In this document: in pieces, positions 1 through 11,700 of the stretch
How the letters are laid out: every line of letters starts with the position of its first letter
Numbering within the stretch: the first letter of the stretch is position 1
Assembly (NCBI GenBank): GCA_002811645.1
Contig: PDIP01000260.1
Coordinates: forward strand, 1-64,000
Source: Corallochytrium limacisporum Hawaii
Taxonomy: Eukaryota; Protista; Pluriformea
DNA: 64,000 nt
Direction of reading: 5' to 3'
Program-made: the position numbers and the translations under genes
Notes under the pieces: generated by a model
The model's database searches: none
Told to the model about the DNA's origin: nothing
Seen by the model: the letters and a program-made list of their open reading frames with translations, nothing else

Positions 1-433
1 TCGGGGTTCTCGTTTTCGTGCGATTTGTCTCATACTTAGGAGACAGAGGGTGGTAAATAGAACGAGAACACGAATAAATTAGCCATAGGGGGGAGGCGGG
101 AAGGAGAACCAGTGGGGAGTGGGGGGGGGGAGAAGGTATTAGGGGGATGGGGCAGCGGGGCCCCTTGGAAAGGGAGTCCGCGCGGAATGAGAAATGCCTG
201 GGAGGGGGGATGCGGGGGGAGGCGGTGTGTCAGGAACGGGGTTGGCGCAATCGCTGATCGCGCGCCGCAGCTATTTGCAGGGCTGTTGTGATCCACAATC
301 AATACTATGCCTGAATTTCCATAGAGGAGGTTGTAGTGTAGAATTAGGTTGGAATGGAGTGGACTACGAGTCCAGACAGTGATGTTATGATGGAGTTATG
401 TGGGTGAGACCGTATCCCTAAGACTGTTTCGAG

Positions 434-3400
434 ATGTCCGAACAGGCAAGTCAGGCACCACAGGGTCCAACAGCGGACCAACTGAAGATCGCGCTTGACA
501 TCGCTGGAGCACCAACAAGCAGTGCACATGAGATCAACGCAGCGCAGAGGTGGTTGAGCAGCATTGCGGGCCATGTGCAAGTGTGGGCCTGTGTTCTGGA
601 ACTGCTTCAAGCACCGGATCAAAGCTACAACATGATCTTCCATTCTATGAGCCTGCTGGAATATAAGGTCATCAACGACATCGGACAGCTGAATCTTGAT
701 CAAGTCCAGGAGCTGAATCACTTGCTTATCAACTTAGTAGTCTCCCTCACAAGACGAGGCGCTCCGAACTATGTTCTGCTCCGATGCTGTATTTGTTGCG
801 CGAAGCTTTGGGTAGAGCGTGTGGCCATGGCAGTCAGTTTGGGAATCATCACAGGAGATGCCGATGAGACAAGTGGTCAGAATGCGGATCAAGCTGAGCA
901 AGCTGAGCAGTTGCTTCGGTGTACTATGAATGATGTACTGATGGGCATTTCCGTGGAGCCGTCACAGACGTTCGAGGCTAAGGATCAGTACTCTCTAGAG
1001 TCCCGGCCCCGTACGCGCCGCTTCAGTCAGCTGGGTAGTCATATTATGGTGGGCTTGGATTGTATCCGCTGCTACGCTGAAGAGAGCGTCAGTGCGCGGA
1101 AATCACGGACCGTGCAAGGTAAGCTGGCGGCACAGTTAAAGAAGGTTTTGGATAGCACAATTGTACCATGGCTTTGGCATGGTTTTGGACGATCTGGTTT
1201 AAACGCGGAAAGTCCGTCCCAGAGTGAGGAAATTAGTTACGATGTGTTGAGAGCTGCACAGAGATCAACACTGGCCATTATGCAAACTACTCGGCTTACT
1301 CTGGATGAGATGTACGACCAGAAAAGGCAGATTGGTCAGTTTTACGAAGTCATGCTGGCATCAGCCCAGGTATGGCAGGATCGTGACTGTTCAGCCTGTC
1401 TGAGTGATACTATCGAACATATTTGTGATTTTGCGGACAATCTGAAGAACCAAGAAGTCCTGAGCGGTCTAATAACGGCAAGTATGCAATGTAGGGAGTT
1501 CTTTACCTATGCAGAGAGAATCTGCGAAGACGATGAAGAGGACGCTTTGACCCTCCGCAAACGTGTCGTACGAGTTTGGCTTTGTTTGGCGTATTTCCGA
1601 ATGCGGGTTCTGCGAGCAAGTGCTTTGGCTAGCTCGGGACACGCCAGACCGGAACAGCTAGCAAAGCATTTCGAGGAATTTCAAGGGTTAGTCCATTGCC
1701 TCCTAATGGCGTACGATTTTCCGAACGCAACATTCCTTGTTGATGAAGAACTGAGCGACACAACTGTTGATTTCTGGACAGATTTCTGCCAGGAGATTCT
1801 AATGGTTGATGAGGTTGAGACGGTGAATGTTCTCAAGGCGCAGTTCAAGGATCTCTTTCAACTCATCGTCCATCGTGGAGTGGAGAAGTTGCGGTATCCC
1901 AAGAAAGCTATTTTGGAAGCCTTTGGAAACGCCGATAATGTGGACCGATTCCGGGCTTTTCGTCTGAGTGTCACAGAAATGCTCCTGCAAGTAAGTACTG
2001 TGCTACATGAGGGTTTCCTATGTGAGGTGTGTAGTACTGTTGCCAACCTTGGAACGACAGATCATAGTCTGCTAGTGCAGGTTTTGACCGAGATGGATGT
2101 CAGCGTTGTCGAAGCCGAACTCTTTTGTCTCACAGAAGTCAGTGAGTCCATGTCAACAACAAGGGAGCGATATGGTCAGTACATACATGCCGTGTACCAG
2201 GGAACTCTGACTTTGTTGGATTACTTCTTGAATCGAGCGCAAATTGCAATCAGTGACGCACTAGTTCAACGACTCGTTTCTTCTTCCTTTGCTTTCATGG
2301 GTAAGCAGTCCGAATGGCTCAATCATGATGCGAAGATGATACAGTTCTGCCTGACCATGTCTATGCAATGGCTGAAAGCCGTTTTGGATACTGACGCCAG
2401 TGTTGTGGATGCGGAAATGCTGATGAACATTTTAAAGACTACGCGTCACATTTGGGACCAGTGTGGCCAAAGAATTCAACAATCTCACCGTGGCTCAGAA
2501 CCGTCATCGGATAATCTCCATGGCCAAATGTTGGAGGTTGCCACGACCCTCTTCTGCCCTTCTGTTCCCAGTCGGCGATCGCTCAACGTGGATCAGCGGT
2601 TACAAATTGTGTACACTCTGAATGCGATTGCCAGATGGACAACATTTGAAGCTCTGAACAAGTATATCACACAGAGAAGTAGCGGTATTTATGGCTTGAC
2701 AAAGTCACTAGGGGTGAAAACGAAGAAGCACTTGCGCACGAATGACAAAGAGAAAGAGGATCTACAGGCAGATGTACAGAGAGAGCTGAGGGTTGCTTAT
2801 GAAACGCTTGACGGTCTCCACACTGCAGGTGTTGGTGAAGGCAAGGGCCGTCGCAGTCGCAGCAATTCCGCAACACAGCAGGACGCCCAATTGGCTGCTG
2901 CTGCAGCTACCAGCCCCATGCAAATGCATCCGGCCGTCACCGCCCTGCAGATCATGCAACCTGCGCTTCAGTCGACCCTGAGAGTATTCTTGGATGATGA
3001 CGCCATTGTGACAAGCGTGCTGAAGTGTCTTGACCATACTTGTTCAAGCGCAGGCGTTCTCTACAGTGGCATGTTATCCCAACATGTCGCATTCATTGAA
3101 GAGGTCCTAGCAAGTGATGAGAAGGTGGTTAGTCCGGCCGTCATGGCCAGCGCTGGCCAACTAGCTCAGTACTTTGGGACACAACCGGAACAGCGCACTC
3201 TGCTGACCCCATTGTTCCTTAAGGTTGGCGACAGATCTATTCAGCAGCTGCGCAACACCACCGATCCGCAGAGCACGCGACCGGACGTTGTGCAGTCTTT
3301 CTGTCGCTTCTCGTCTCGACTGGTCAAACATTGTCCGGACTTGGTGGCTTCCAGTCCCGACACAGTAAGTTTGCTCATTGAACTATGTGTCCATTGCTTC

Positions 3401-3793
3401 TATGCCCGTGAGATAGTCACCGCCAAAACGGGAGTACACCTTATGTGCGAGCTCATGTCCCACGCTGCCAAAACGCCAGATCTTGGAGAGTTTGTCAAGG
3501 GCCGAATTCCTGGCATTGTCTCGGAGATTCTTTTGGCGATTTCTCAGGTCGGACCCCAACAGGCTCATACTCTCAGCGACTGCCTGTACGAAATTAACGT
3601 CTGGGACACGGCTATGTTGCACGAGTCCTTAAAGCAAGCTACAGAGGATCCAAGGCTGCGAAAGGCATTCCCAGCCTCGCTCACGGAGGTGCGTTGGCGG
3701 ACTATCTGCGAGCGTCTGATTCGCAGCAAAGTGTCCAAGACACGGACACGGTCCGCAGTGGAAGATCTGCGTCGTGCAGCTCATGGGGCATGA
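434..3793 (+). CDS. IPO13: Importin-beta family karyopherin, importin-13/transportin-SR-like
   Basis: 1119-aa helical ORF. Motifs INAAQRWL, DEELSDTTVDFW, DRFRAFRLSVTEML and RPDVVQSF recall IPO13 (LAQKWL, NETTSSLTLTFW, EQFRIYRVDISDTL, HPDIVDSF). TNPO3 not excluded. Confidence 0.7.
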   Translation: MSEQASQAPQGPTADQLKIALDIAGAPTSSAHEINAAQRWLSSIAGHVQVWACVLELLQAPDQSYNMIFHSMSLLEYKVINDIGQLNLDQVQELNHLLINLVVSLTRRGAPNYVLLRCCICCAKLWVERVAMAVSLGIITGDADETSGQNADQAEQAEQLLRCTMNDVLMGISVEPSQTFEAKDQYSLESRPRTRRFSQLGSHIMVGLDCIRCYAEESVSARKSRTVQGKLAAQLKKVLDSTIVPWLWHGFGRSGLNAESPSQSEEISYDVLRAAQRSTLAIMQTTRLTLDEMYDQKRQIGQFYEVMLASAQVWQDRDCSACLSDTIEHICDFADNLKNQEVLSGLITASMQCREFFTYAERICEDDEEDALTLRKRVVRVWLCLAYFRMRVLRASALASSGHARPEQLAKHFEEFQGLVHCLLMAYDFPNATFLVDEELSDTTVDFWTDFCQEILMVDEVETVNVLKAQFKDLFQLIVHRGVEKLRYPKKAILEAFGNADNVDRFRAFRLSVTEMLLQVSTVLHEGFLCEVCSTVANLGTTDHSLLVQVLTEMDVSVVEAELFCLTEVSESMSTTRERYGQYIHAVYQGTLTLLDYFLNRAQIAISDALVQRLVSSSFAFMGKQSEWLNHDAKMIQFCLTMSMQWLKAVLDTDASVVDAEMLMNILKTTRHIWDQCGQRIQQSHRGSEPSSDNLHGQMLEVATTLFCPSVPSRRSLNVDQRLQIVYTLNAIARWTTFEALNKYITQRSSGIYGLTKSLGVKTKKHLRTNDKEKEDLQADVQRELRVAYETLDGLHTAGVGEGKGRRSRSNSATQQDAQLAAAAATSPMQMHPAVTALQIMQPALQSTLRVFLDDDAIVTSVLKCLDHTCSSAGVLYSGMLSQHVAFIEEVLASDEKVVSPAVMASAGQLAQYFGTQPEQRTLLTPLFLKVGDRSIQQLRNTTDPQSTRPDVVQSFCRFSSRLVKHCPDLVASSPDTVSLLIELCVHCFYAREIVTAKTGVHLMCELMSHAAKTPDLGEFVKGRIPGIVSEILLAISQVGPQQAHTLSDCLYEINVWDTAMLHESLKQATEDPRLRKAFPASLTEVRWRTICERLIRSKVSKTRTRSAVEDLRRAAHGA

Positions 3794-3844
3794 AAATAGC
3801 GTGTACTATTTCTAATTCTCAACTAAACTTTACTATGTTCCAAT

Positions 3845-4666
3845 TCATCCACGTCCAATCTTCTTAAGTTTTGTGTTAATCTCACCATGTCCTGTGTGCG
3901 TCTGTAAGTCCGCCAGAATGTCAGTGATGCCGTCTTGAAGCATACGGAGGTGGCGAATATGCAGCAATCGAAGCACCTTGCCGCACAGCGCAACATTGTC
4001 TGTGGAGCCTGGCAAGCCAAGTGGAAAAGTGGAAAGGTCAATTGTGCGATCTGCACACCTGTCTGTAGCAGGGTTCACAACGCTTGTGTCCGCCACTGCG
4101 AGCTCAAGGATGGCGGATACTAGCACTAGCGGGTCGTCATGGATAGGAAGGCCAAGCGACCGCGCCAGATTCTCGAGGCTCTGCCGAGCGGGGCTGTCCT
4201 TGACCTGCAAAGCGTCCGCAAAGGCCTGAGCTTGAGTAGCTAACTTTTCATCCCATTCTTTGTTGTTACCATTGGCTATCGATTGGTACCGGTGGCTGGT
4301 CCTGCGGTATGCTATCGATACCGATTGTGCGGTGATCCACTCAACGATCCGTGTCCTTGTCTCTGCGTCCGCCCGTCCACTGGCATCAAATGACACGGGA
4401 CACCCCAGACTCTGCAGGTACCGGTCCACCTGCTCTTGCGAATCCCTGCATTCCGAACCTAGAAGCTCTGCGTTTCCACTGCTATCCTCAGGAAGTCTAT
4501 TGAGGTAGTGCAAGTCAAAAAAGTTGATAATGCGAAGCAGATCGCGGTCGTCAGTTGATGGAGTGAGGGAGGCTACTAGCTGACCGTGGATGGTTTTGAC
4601 GCCCAGCACGTTGCAATTCTCATGCCAACCTTTGTCGGTTGCTTTTGATCCGCTATGTACGCTCAT
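3845..4666 (-). CDS. RTRAF: RTRAF/CGI-99 (C14orf166) family, tRNA-ligase complex subunit
   Basis: C-terminal KVLRLLHIRHLRMLQDGITDIL...NTKLKKIGRG matches the RLL-motif C-terminus of CGI-99. Confidence 0.8.
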   Translation of the reverse strand: MSVHSGSKATDKGWHENCNVLGVKTIHGQLVASLTPSTDDRDLLRIINFFDLHYLNRLPEDSSGNAELLGSECRDSQEQVDRYLQSLGCPVSFDASGRADAETRTRIVEWITAQSVSIAYRRTSHRYQSIANGNNKEWDEKLATQAQAFADALQVKDSPARQSLENLARSLGLPIHDDPLVLVSAILELAVADTSVVNPATDRCADRTIDLSTFPLGLPGSTDNVALCGKVLRLLHIRHLRMLQDGITDILADLQTHTGHGEINTKLKKIGRG

Positions 4667-5435
4667 TCCTTCTGTTCTGTTTTCTTTAGCCTACTTACAT
4701 GGAATATTGAACACACCTTGGCGGCCTATGAACTATGGAGCCGCCGCTCACGTCTCTGTGCACGACCGATTTCCTTGGCAGAGCAAAGTACTGCTGGTTG
4801 GACCCACTATATACCAACAAGTAGCATTAATATCAGAGCACCAGACCCCGGTCACTGCAATTCTTCCCCCGGCACCCGCACCTTTCGGGACAATGGGGTT
4901 CGGTGTTCGCCGCCCTACGCAGAGATGGAGAAATACAGTGTCGTGTGTGCGAGTGCGCAAGGCAGAGCCCGCAAGGGTAAATTTCGGCAGGTGAGAAGAA
5001 ACGAGGGGGGCGGGGGCCTCAAGTAACCCACCGCGTGACCCGCTCGCTGAAACACCCCTCCCTTGGCTGCTCCCACTCTGGCCATGGAAGTGGGGAGGGT
5101 CGCGTGGCTGGGCAGCAAGGATGGGACCAAGGGACCCTCCACGCACGGCGTCACAGTAGGACCCGTGATCAATCGCTTGTTCTGTGTTAGCTGTTCGCGA
5201 ATAGACAGGATCAGGTTTGGATCCTTCGTTGTGTAGGAGGTTTTCATTGTATTTAAGACAGATGCATTGGCGTAGGATTCAAAAAATGCTGAGCTTTTTT
5301 GCTCACAATAGTTGGGGAAGCTTCAGGATTGGTGACATTCCTTGACACAAGAAAGGTGAGGTGTACACAATGGCATCATGACCTAACGAGCAAATACGAT
5401 TGTTGTTCATAAAATAGACACAGAATACTTGAACC

Positions 5436-8066
5436 ATGTCGGTTAATGCAGGTTTAAAGGCACTGGCACCTCCGGTCAAATTCGGAAATAGCCACACGGT
5501 CTGGCGCCTTGAGACCGGCAGTCGCAAAGCCCCCGCAAAGAAGTCAGGATCAGTAGGGTTCGGTGTCCTGGCCAGGAATGCAGTTCAGCCTGGTGCTTCA
5601 AAGGACACAGTCCTTCTAACGGTGGATGGTACGGGTATATTTGAATTCCACATTAGGGATTCGCAAATGATACAGTCCTGGTCCTGTGGTGTTGATCGGT
5701 CGTTCCTCCTTGGTGCTGTCGCCTCATGGAAAACTAATTGCATTCACACGGTATCCAACACTGGACACCTGCTATCATGGCCAATGGCTAGCACGAATTG
5801 GGAAAATGAATTTGTAGCAGTCAAATTGGCGAGTAAAGAACTGATCTCATTGATCCCAACTGGGCACACGGTCGCAGACGTAGTTATTGTGAGCAGCGAT
5901 GGTAGTTTGTATTTGAACCAAAACGAAGGCTTTGAGGAGGATGGGAATAACAAGACGCCTTCCAAAAAGTCCACAAAGAAAAAAGCAAGCACAGGTAAGG
6001 GGATTACGGAAGTGCGTCTGCCCAAGCTCGTGGAGAAGCGGAATCTCAGAGTCCAGGCTGTAGTAAAGCGAGGCAGTGAGAGCAGCAAGTCCGATGCCAC
6101 ATCGTTGCAGTTGGCCTTCTTTGTGACTACAGAGAATGAAAAGGACGGTCTGCTGGTGCTGGTTGATCTAAATCTGGAAACCCGTTCACTAGCCCAAGTC
6201 ACAGACGCGGAGACCCGCATTGAAAGCGTCATGTTGCCCGCTGGACAATCAGAGGCCACCATTGCCACGGCAGCATTCAATAGTAATGCGTCAGTGCTGT
6301 CTGTAGGGTTCGACAACGGTACGGTCGCGTTCTACGACCTTACGGAGAAGGAAGGCGAATTGAAACCTGTGGCCATCAGCCGGGTTGCAGAACGAAGCGG
6401 TTCTGAAGCAGTCTTGCCGTCATCGAAACGCCGTCGGACCACGTCGTCAGCTTCGACAGGAAGTGTTCCAGGGCACAACAGCGATGATGCCGAAATGTAC
6501 TTGGAGCATTTAGTTTCGGACTATTTCTTGTCCCTGTTCGATGGGGAGCTCAAAGCCTGGGACTGCCGACGAGGTCTGTGCCAATCTGGAGAGCACACCC
6601 TTTTGCAGGAGTCATCTGCCACCAAGGATGAGATGAAACGGTTCCGTAATTCGCTGGTGCGGGCCGTGCTAGTTAGATCAGACCACTTGATTGTTGCCAC
6701 CGATGGTGTAGTCATTGCCCAGCCCGTGTCAGCGGAGCCCTTGGGCGATCTAGCATTCCTCGGCGGAGCCCTCCGTGGTAGGAGCACCAAAGCACCCTTT
6801 GAGGTCCTCTCCGTGCCAGTTGCCACTGAAAAAGATGAAGCTCAGCGTTTCGAAAAGCTCATGAAGATCGAGAGCGAACAGCTGCCTACAGTGCTGAAGA
6901 CCATAAGGGACAATAAGAGTGGCGCGGACAAGAACTTAACAAAGTTTCTGAAGGCTCTAGCGGACGTGGACACGCCTGAATTGATCGCTTCCGTGCAACA
7001 TCGCCAGAAGTTGGAGGCCTACCTGACCGACCTCAAGGGCCGCCTCGCCGAGGAAACTGACTCTTCTAAGCGCCATCGACTGTTGCGCAAACGAGGCAAG
7101 ACCATCCGCAAGCTTGGCGCCACTAAAGATAGGATCCGTTCCAAGCGCCGCCTGGCCATTTCAATGCAGACCCTGAATCAGATCCTAGAATCCTTGCTGG
7201 CATCCAAGAACTCTCTCGCTTTAGTGCCTGTTACTCTGCTGCTGCGTACCGATCGGGTAAGTGCCAACGTGCACCCACAATTGCTGGAACGGATCTTCAA
7301 GGAGCAGAACTTCTTTCTCCTCGAACAGTACATTCTTCATGTGCACGACATCACTCCTGCACAAGTGCTTGAGATAATCCAATTTGCTGTCAGTCTACAG
7401 GGCACCAAAGGCATGGAGAAGTACGCTAGATCTGGACGCAAGTCAGATATCAAAGCCACTAAAGACAGCCGTCTGAAAAAACCCGAGCGTGACGCAGACC
7501 TTCTGATCTTGCCTGAAGCCGATGGTTCTGACATATTCCTGCAGCTTGTCACTTCCTGCAGTCACAGCCCTCATGCGATGCAAGACGTGGTCACTGCGCT
7601 GAACAACACGAACGCCATTGCCATGCTTTCGTTCTGCGCCCGTTGGTTGCAGGCCTATGTAGACCCAGATTCTGTGGAGGGAGACGACAATGAGACCAAG
7701 AAGGTTGATGCTATCAAGGCCTCTGATTTCGTTACCCGTGTACCTGTTCTTTCCCAAGTGCTTTTCTGGACGAATGTGGTACTTGATGCCAAAATGTCGG
7801 TCATCATCAGTGACACCTCTCTAGGTCAGGTTCTCAGGGCCATGCGTAATCATATCAATGCATATATGCCGTCCTCGACAGACTTTGGTGTGGTCGTCGG
7901 GCACCTTGCGGACCTCGAAAGCGCTGCAACTCTGCACCAGCGCCACCTGCGCCGCCGCAAAGGCAAGCGGGGTGGTTCGGGTAATGATCTGCGCCTGACT
8001 GGAGGTATTGTCGGCACTGTGAAGGTGGGCGAGTACACCGTGGAAAGACTGGTCTTGCCATTCTAA
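5436..8066 (+). CDS. NOL11: NOL11/Utp8-like SSU processome (UtpA) component
   Basis: N-terminal beta-propeller-like segment (LLTVDGTGIFEFHIRDSQMIQSWS), helical C-half with PVLSQVLFWTNVVLDA, and terminal EYTVERL, like the NOL11/Utp8 end motif. Confidence 0.6.
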   Translation: MSVNAGLKALAPPVKFGNSHTVWRLETGSRKAPAKKSGSVGFGVLARNAVQPGASKDTVLLTVDGTGIFEFHIRDSQMIQSWSCGVDRSFLLGAVASWKTNCIHTVSNTGHLLSWPMASTNWENEFVAVKLASKELISLIPTGHTVADVVIVSSDGSLYLNQNEGFEEDGNNKTPSKKSTKKKASTGKGITEVRLPKLVEKRNLRVQAVVKRGSESSKSDATSLQLAFFVTTENEKDGLLVLVDLNLETRSLAQVTDAETRIESVMLPAGQSEATIATAAFNSNASVLSVGFDNGTVAFYDLTEKEGELKPVAISRVAERSGSEAVLPSSKRRRTTSSASTGSVPGHNSDDAEMYLEHLVSDYFLSLFDGELKAWDCRRGLCQSGEHTLLQESSATKDEMKRFRNSLVRAVLVRSDHLIVATDGVVIAQPVSAEPLGDLAFLGGALRGRSTKAPFEVLSVPVATEKDEAQRFEKLMKIESEQLPTVLKTIRDNKSGADKNLTKFLKALADVDTPELIASVQHRQKLEAYLTDLKGRLAEETDSSKRHRLLRKRGKTIRKLGATKDRIRSKRRLAISMQTLNQILESLLASKNSLALVPVTLLLRTDRVSANVHPQLLERIFKEQNFFLLEQYILHVHDITPAQVLEIIQFAVSLQGTKGMEKYARSGRKSDIKATKDSRLKKPERDADLLILPEADGSDIFLQLVTSCSHSPHAMQDVVTALNNTNAIAMLSFCARWLQAYVDPDSVEGDDNETKKVDAIKASDFVTRVPVLSQVLFWTNVVLDAKMSVIISDTSLGQVLRAMRNHINAYMPSSTDFGVVVGHLADLESAATLHQRHLRRRKGKRGGSGNDLRLTGGIVGTVKVGEYTVERLVLPF

Positions 8067-8205
8067 GAACTGTTTCCATGCCATTAACAAATGAAATAGA
8101 TTGAAATGATGCAGCTCAGCATCAACAAGTTCACTTTCGGTCCTGAATATCACACAATGCTGGCGATTTATGGGGGCCTATTTTCCGAACCTTTTGGGCC
8201 GCTGA

Positions 8206-8219
8206 TTTTGGCGCGAAAA
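8206..8219. promoter_or_regulatory. Palindromic E2F-type site TTTTGGCGCGAAAA upstream of GCP2
   Basis: Two overlapping TTTSSCGC matches, about 530 bp upstream of the ATG at 8746. Confidence 0.5.
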
Positions 8220-8298
8220 GCCGAAGTTTCCCCCTGCCTGGAGAATAAAAAGGGGCGTTGGGGATCCAAGCGCGCGGTACTTCAGCGGGGTCAAAATG

Positions 8299-8318
8299 CC
8301 CCCCCCCCCGGGGGGGGG
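8299..8318. repeat. C11G9 self-complementary homopolymer dyad
   Basis: Read directly; lies in the head-to-tail NOL11/GCP2 spacer. Confidence 0.9.
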
Positions 8319-8745
8319 CCCGGGGGGACAGCAGGCTCCGTACGGACGGCCCAGTGGTGGTCCCCACAGAGAGCCAGGCAAACGCCCCGGTGGGACCTCA
8401 CAATGACAATGAAGGCGGCGCACAAGCGGACAGATAGTCAGACGGCCTCCTAAGGCAACGATCTGTTCTACTGTCGTGGGCTGTGTGCCTGGTGGATAGT
8501 GCATTACTTTTGTTGATTTTGTCTCTTCGTCCTTAGCGGCTTATTGCTGAGCAGAATGCAAAATAGACTTAGAGAGCTACTACAAGATGTAGATCTACAC
8601 TCTGCATAAGTAGTAGTGCGTTGTATACTTGCGACTCCTGGTCACGCTCTTGAGCTCTTACATTTGAATTTAGTAAACGCAACACAGAATGACCAAGTGA
8701 ACAAAAAGGTTCGGGTATTCGACATTGCACAAATTTACAGCGACC

Positions 8746-11700
8746 ATGCCAGGGGAAACGGCAACGGCGGGCGGCGTGCAGACTCCGACGTCTCTGCGGT
8801 CAAAGACTCCTGTGGCGAGCACCGGTTCAAAGGACCCCATGGTTTCTCGCCTGATGGATCTGCTCAGCCAGGCAACTACCACACAGCAAACTCACGGCAT
8901 GAGTGCCTATATTGATCTTCTCAATACGACCGGCCCTGGGGGTTCGGTGACCGGCAGTGCAGTGAAGTCCACACCTGCGGGAACAAATATGAGTGCCACC
9001 GCAGCACGCCGTCGCATTGCCGAGCGTAGTGGCAACGGTGAAGAATTCTTGCGCCGACATGAGCAGATCAGCAAGCGCGTACAGACTACAGAGCAGCAGG
9101 CAGCCTTAGAGGGCTTGACCATCGTCCTTAGTCGCTGCCTCGAGTCCGCACCGGTTGTGAAGATGCTCGCGCGCACTGTGGATCAGGCAGGACCACAGGG
9201 ACTGGCAGCGTCTCAGTACTACGAATCACTGCGTGGACGTATCGACCTACGGTCGCCTCAACGGAAGGCGGGAGCGCCACCGGGGCCCACAGTAAAAGGA
9301 CATCAGGATTCTTTTACGCACGAAGGCGTACAGAAAGCAGCTGAACGGAACCGCTCGGCAGCATACAGTCTGCGCAACAGTGTAGAACTATCGGAACGCT
9401 TCGGTGGACCATCAATCTTCAAATTGGTGCACCAAAAGGGGGGTAGCCAGAGCAAAGAGAACGGGAATGTTCAGGACGGCACACCTGAGATGCCCAAATG
9501 GTACATCGAGAAGAGCGCCATTCACGTGCCGGACCCGTCCATGTACAAGCCCACGGGAACATCTGCGGCAGCTGAGCGTCAGCTGGCTATCAGTCGCAAT
9601 GTGAAGGAATTGAGCTACGCAGCACAAGAGGCCATTCTCATGAGCGACCTCCTGTATGCCTTGACCGGCGTCAGTGGCCGATGGATCACTTTGTCTGTGG
9701 ACCGAAGTGTGAAGAATCGCGAACTCGTTGAGAACTACGGTATGACCTTTAGCATTCGGGAGCCCTTTGACGGCGCCTTGCTGAGAATGGCTGAGATGGT
9801 TTTGCCTCTGTGCGCTAACTTTTGTCACGTTCATGCCTTCATGCGCCAGCGGATGCGCTTTCAAGATGGTCGCACACTACACGCCCTTTGCAATGCCTTG
9901 CGTGACATTGAGCGTGAGTATCTGTTGCTGATTGCGCAGCTCGACTCGCGCTTCCGCAGCAAGGTAGGTCTGACACTCCATCATCTGTGGACTGAGATTC
10001 AACCGTCGGCCGAGACTTACGCGACACTGACCCGTCTACTGCATGATGTCGCGGTTGAAAATCTCCACGGTGGTAAGGTAATCAGTATGGTACATCGTCA
10101 CGTCTTGCGCAGTCCTCAGGGATCGAAGAACCGTGCACTGATGGAGTTTCTCTTTGAGCGCACCGCGGCTCCATTCATGGAGACCCTGCAGACCTGGCTC
10201 GCTCTTGGTCGTGTTGCGGATGGCAGTGGGGACTTCATGATCGCTGAGGACCAGAGCATGACTATGTCGGACTTTGGCGGCAATTTCAACTCGGACTATT
10301 GGGAGCGCCACTTCACGGTCCGCCATGAGATGGTACCGTCGTTCCTGCAGCCCTACGCGGAAAAAATACTTTGCACTGGCAAGTACATTGATGTGATCCA
10401 GCACTGTGCAGCGCGCCAGCAGTCTTCCAGCCGAAAGGTGACTTCCCGGGACTCCATGACTCATGAAGCGGTAGCTGCTCTTCTCCGGGAGGGCGTAGAG
10501 CTCAAGCTCAGCATTGAAGAGGCTGACTACTATCGAACTGTTGACCATGCATACACTCGGGCATCGCGCACGCTCTTGATGTTGCTCATGGGACCGCAAC
10601 GTCTGCCCGATGTCTTCCATTCGCTCAAGGCGTACTTCTTGTTCTCACAAGGAGATGTTATTGGTCACTTCCTGGATATGGCTGACGAGGAACTGAGCAA
10701 GCCGGTGCACGACATTGTACCAAACCGCCTGCAGAGTCTTCTCGAACTTGCCTTACGGACTGGATCCGCGCCGTTGCCGTACTACGAGAATGTGGAGAGT
10801 GGACTCGTCCTGAATACTCTTGTTCAGGAGCTCAGCTCCATCCTCAACGTCTTGCACGCCAGCCACGAAGCAGACGGCGAGAAGGGCACCGGTGACGGAG
10901 ACGAACTGACTCTGAACGATCTCACGGATACCCAACACGAGGAACCCAGAGTTAGTCCTTATTCTCTGACAGGTCATGAAGCCTTCACCCTTCACATGAA
11001 CGTGTCATGGCCCAAGAGCCTGGTTGTGCACCAGCGGGCCCTTACAAAGTACAAACTGCTCTTCAGACAGCTGTTCCACTGTAAACACGTGGAGCGTCAG
11101 CTCTGCCAGATCTGGCTTGGCAAGAAGGCTGTCAAGATGCTCCCTGCGTCCCGCACTGGTGCGATCGGCCAGGCTAGCCGCATGTGGCAGCGCATGATCA
11201 ACTTTATTAAGTCTCTGACGCACTACATGGCTTATGAGGTCATTGACCCAGCCTTTCATGCTTTCCAGCAGCAACTGCCTCAACTGCAAACTGTGGATGA
11301 GCTTATCACTGCCCACAACGACTTCCTCGACACATGCATTAAACAGTGCATGCTGAGTAATCAGAAGCTGATGAAGATAATCTCCAAGCTGACCGGCATT
11401 TGTATCATCTACTGCAACTATCTCAAACGTTTTCTCTCTGGAGTGGGCGTTATGGGTGGGCCGGACGGCGACTTCACCCTTACCCAACGGGCAGAGATTA
11501 TGGAATCTCTGCAAACTCTCGCAAATGACGAGACGTTCATGCGCACCATGCGTCGCTTCGATGACAACTTCACGTCCCAGATGCACTCTTTGCTGGATAC
11601 TCTTCTACAGAGCTCGGACGCGGAGGCTGATGCCAATATGGCTGCCCTGGTGTCCCGTCTGGACTACAACAACTACTACACAGCCACCAGTGCTAGCCAA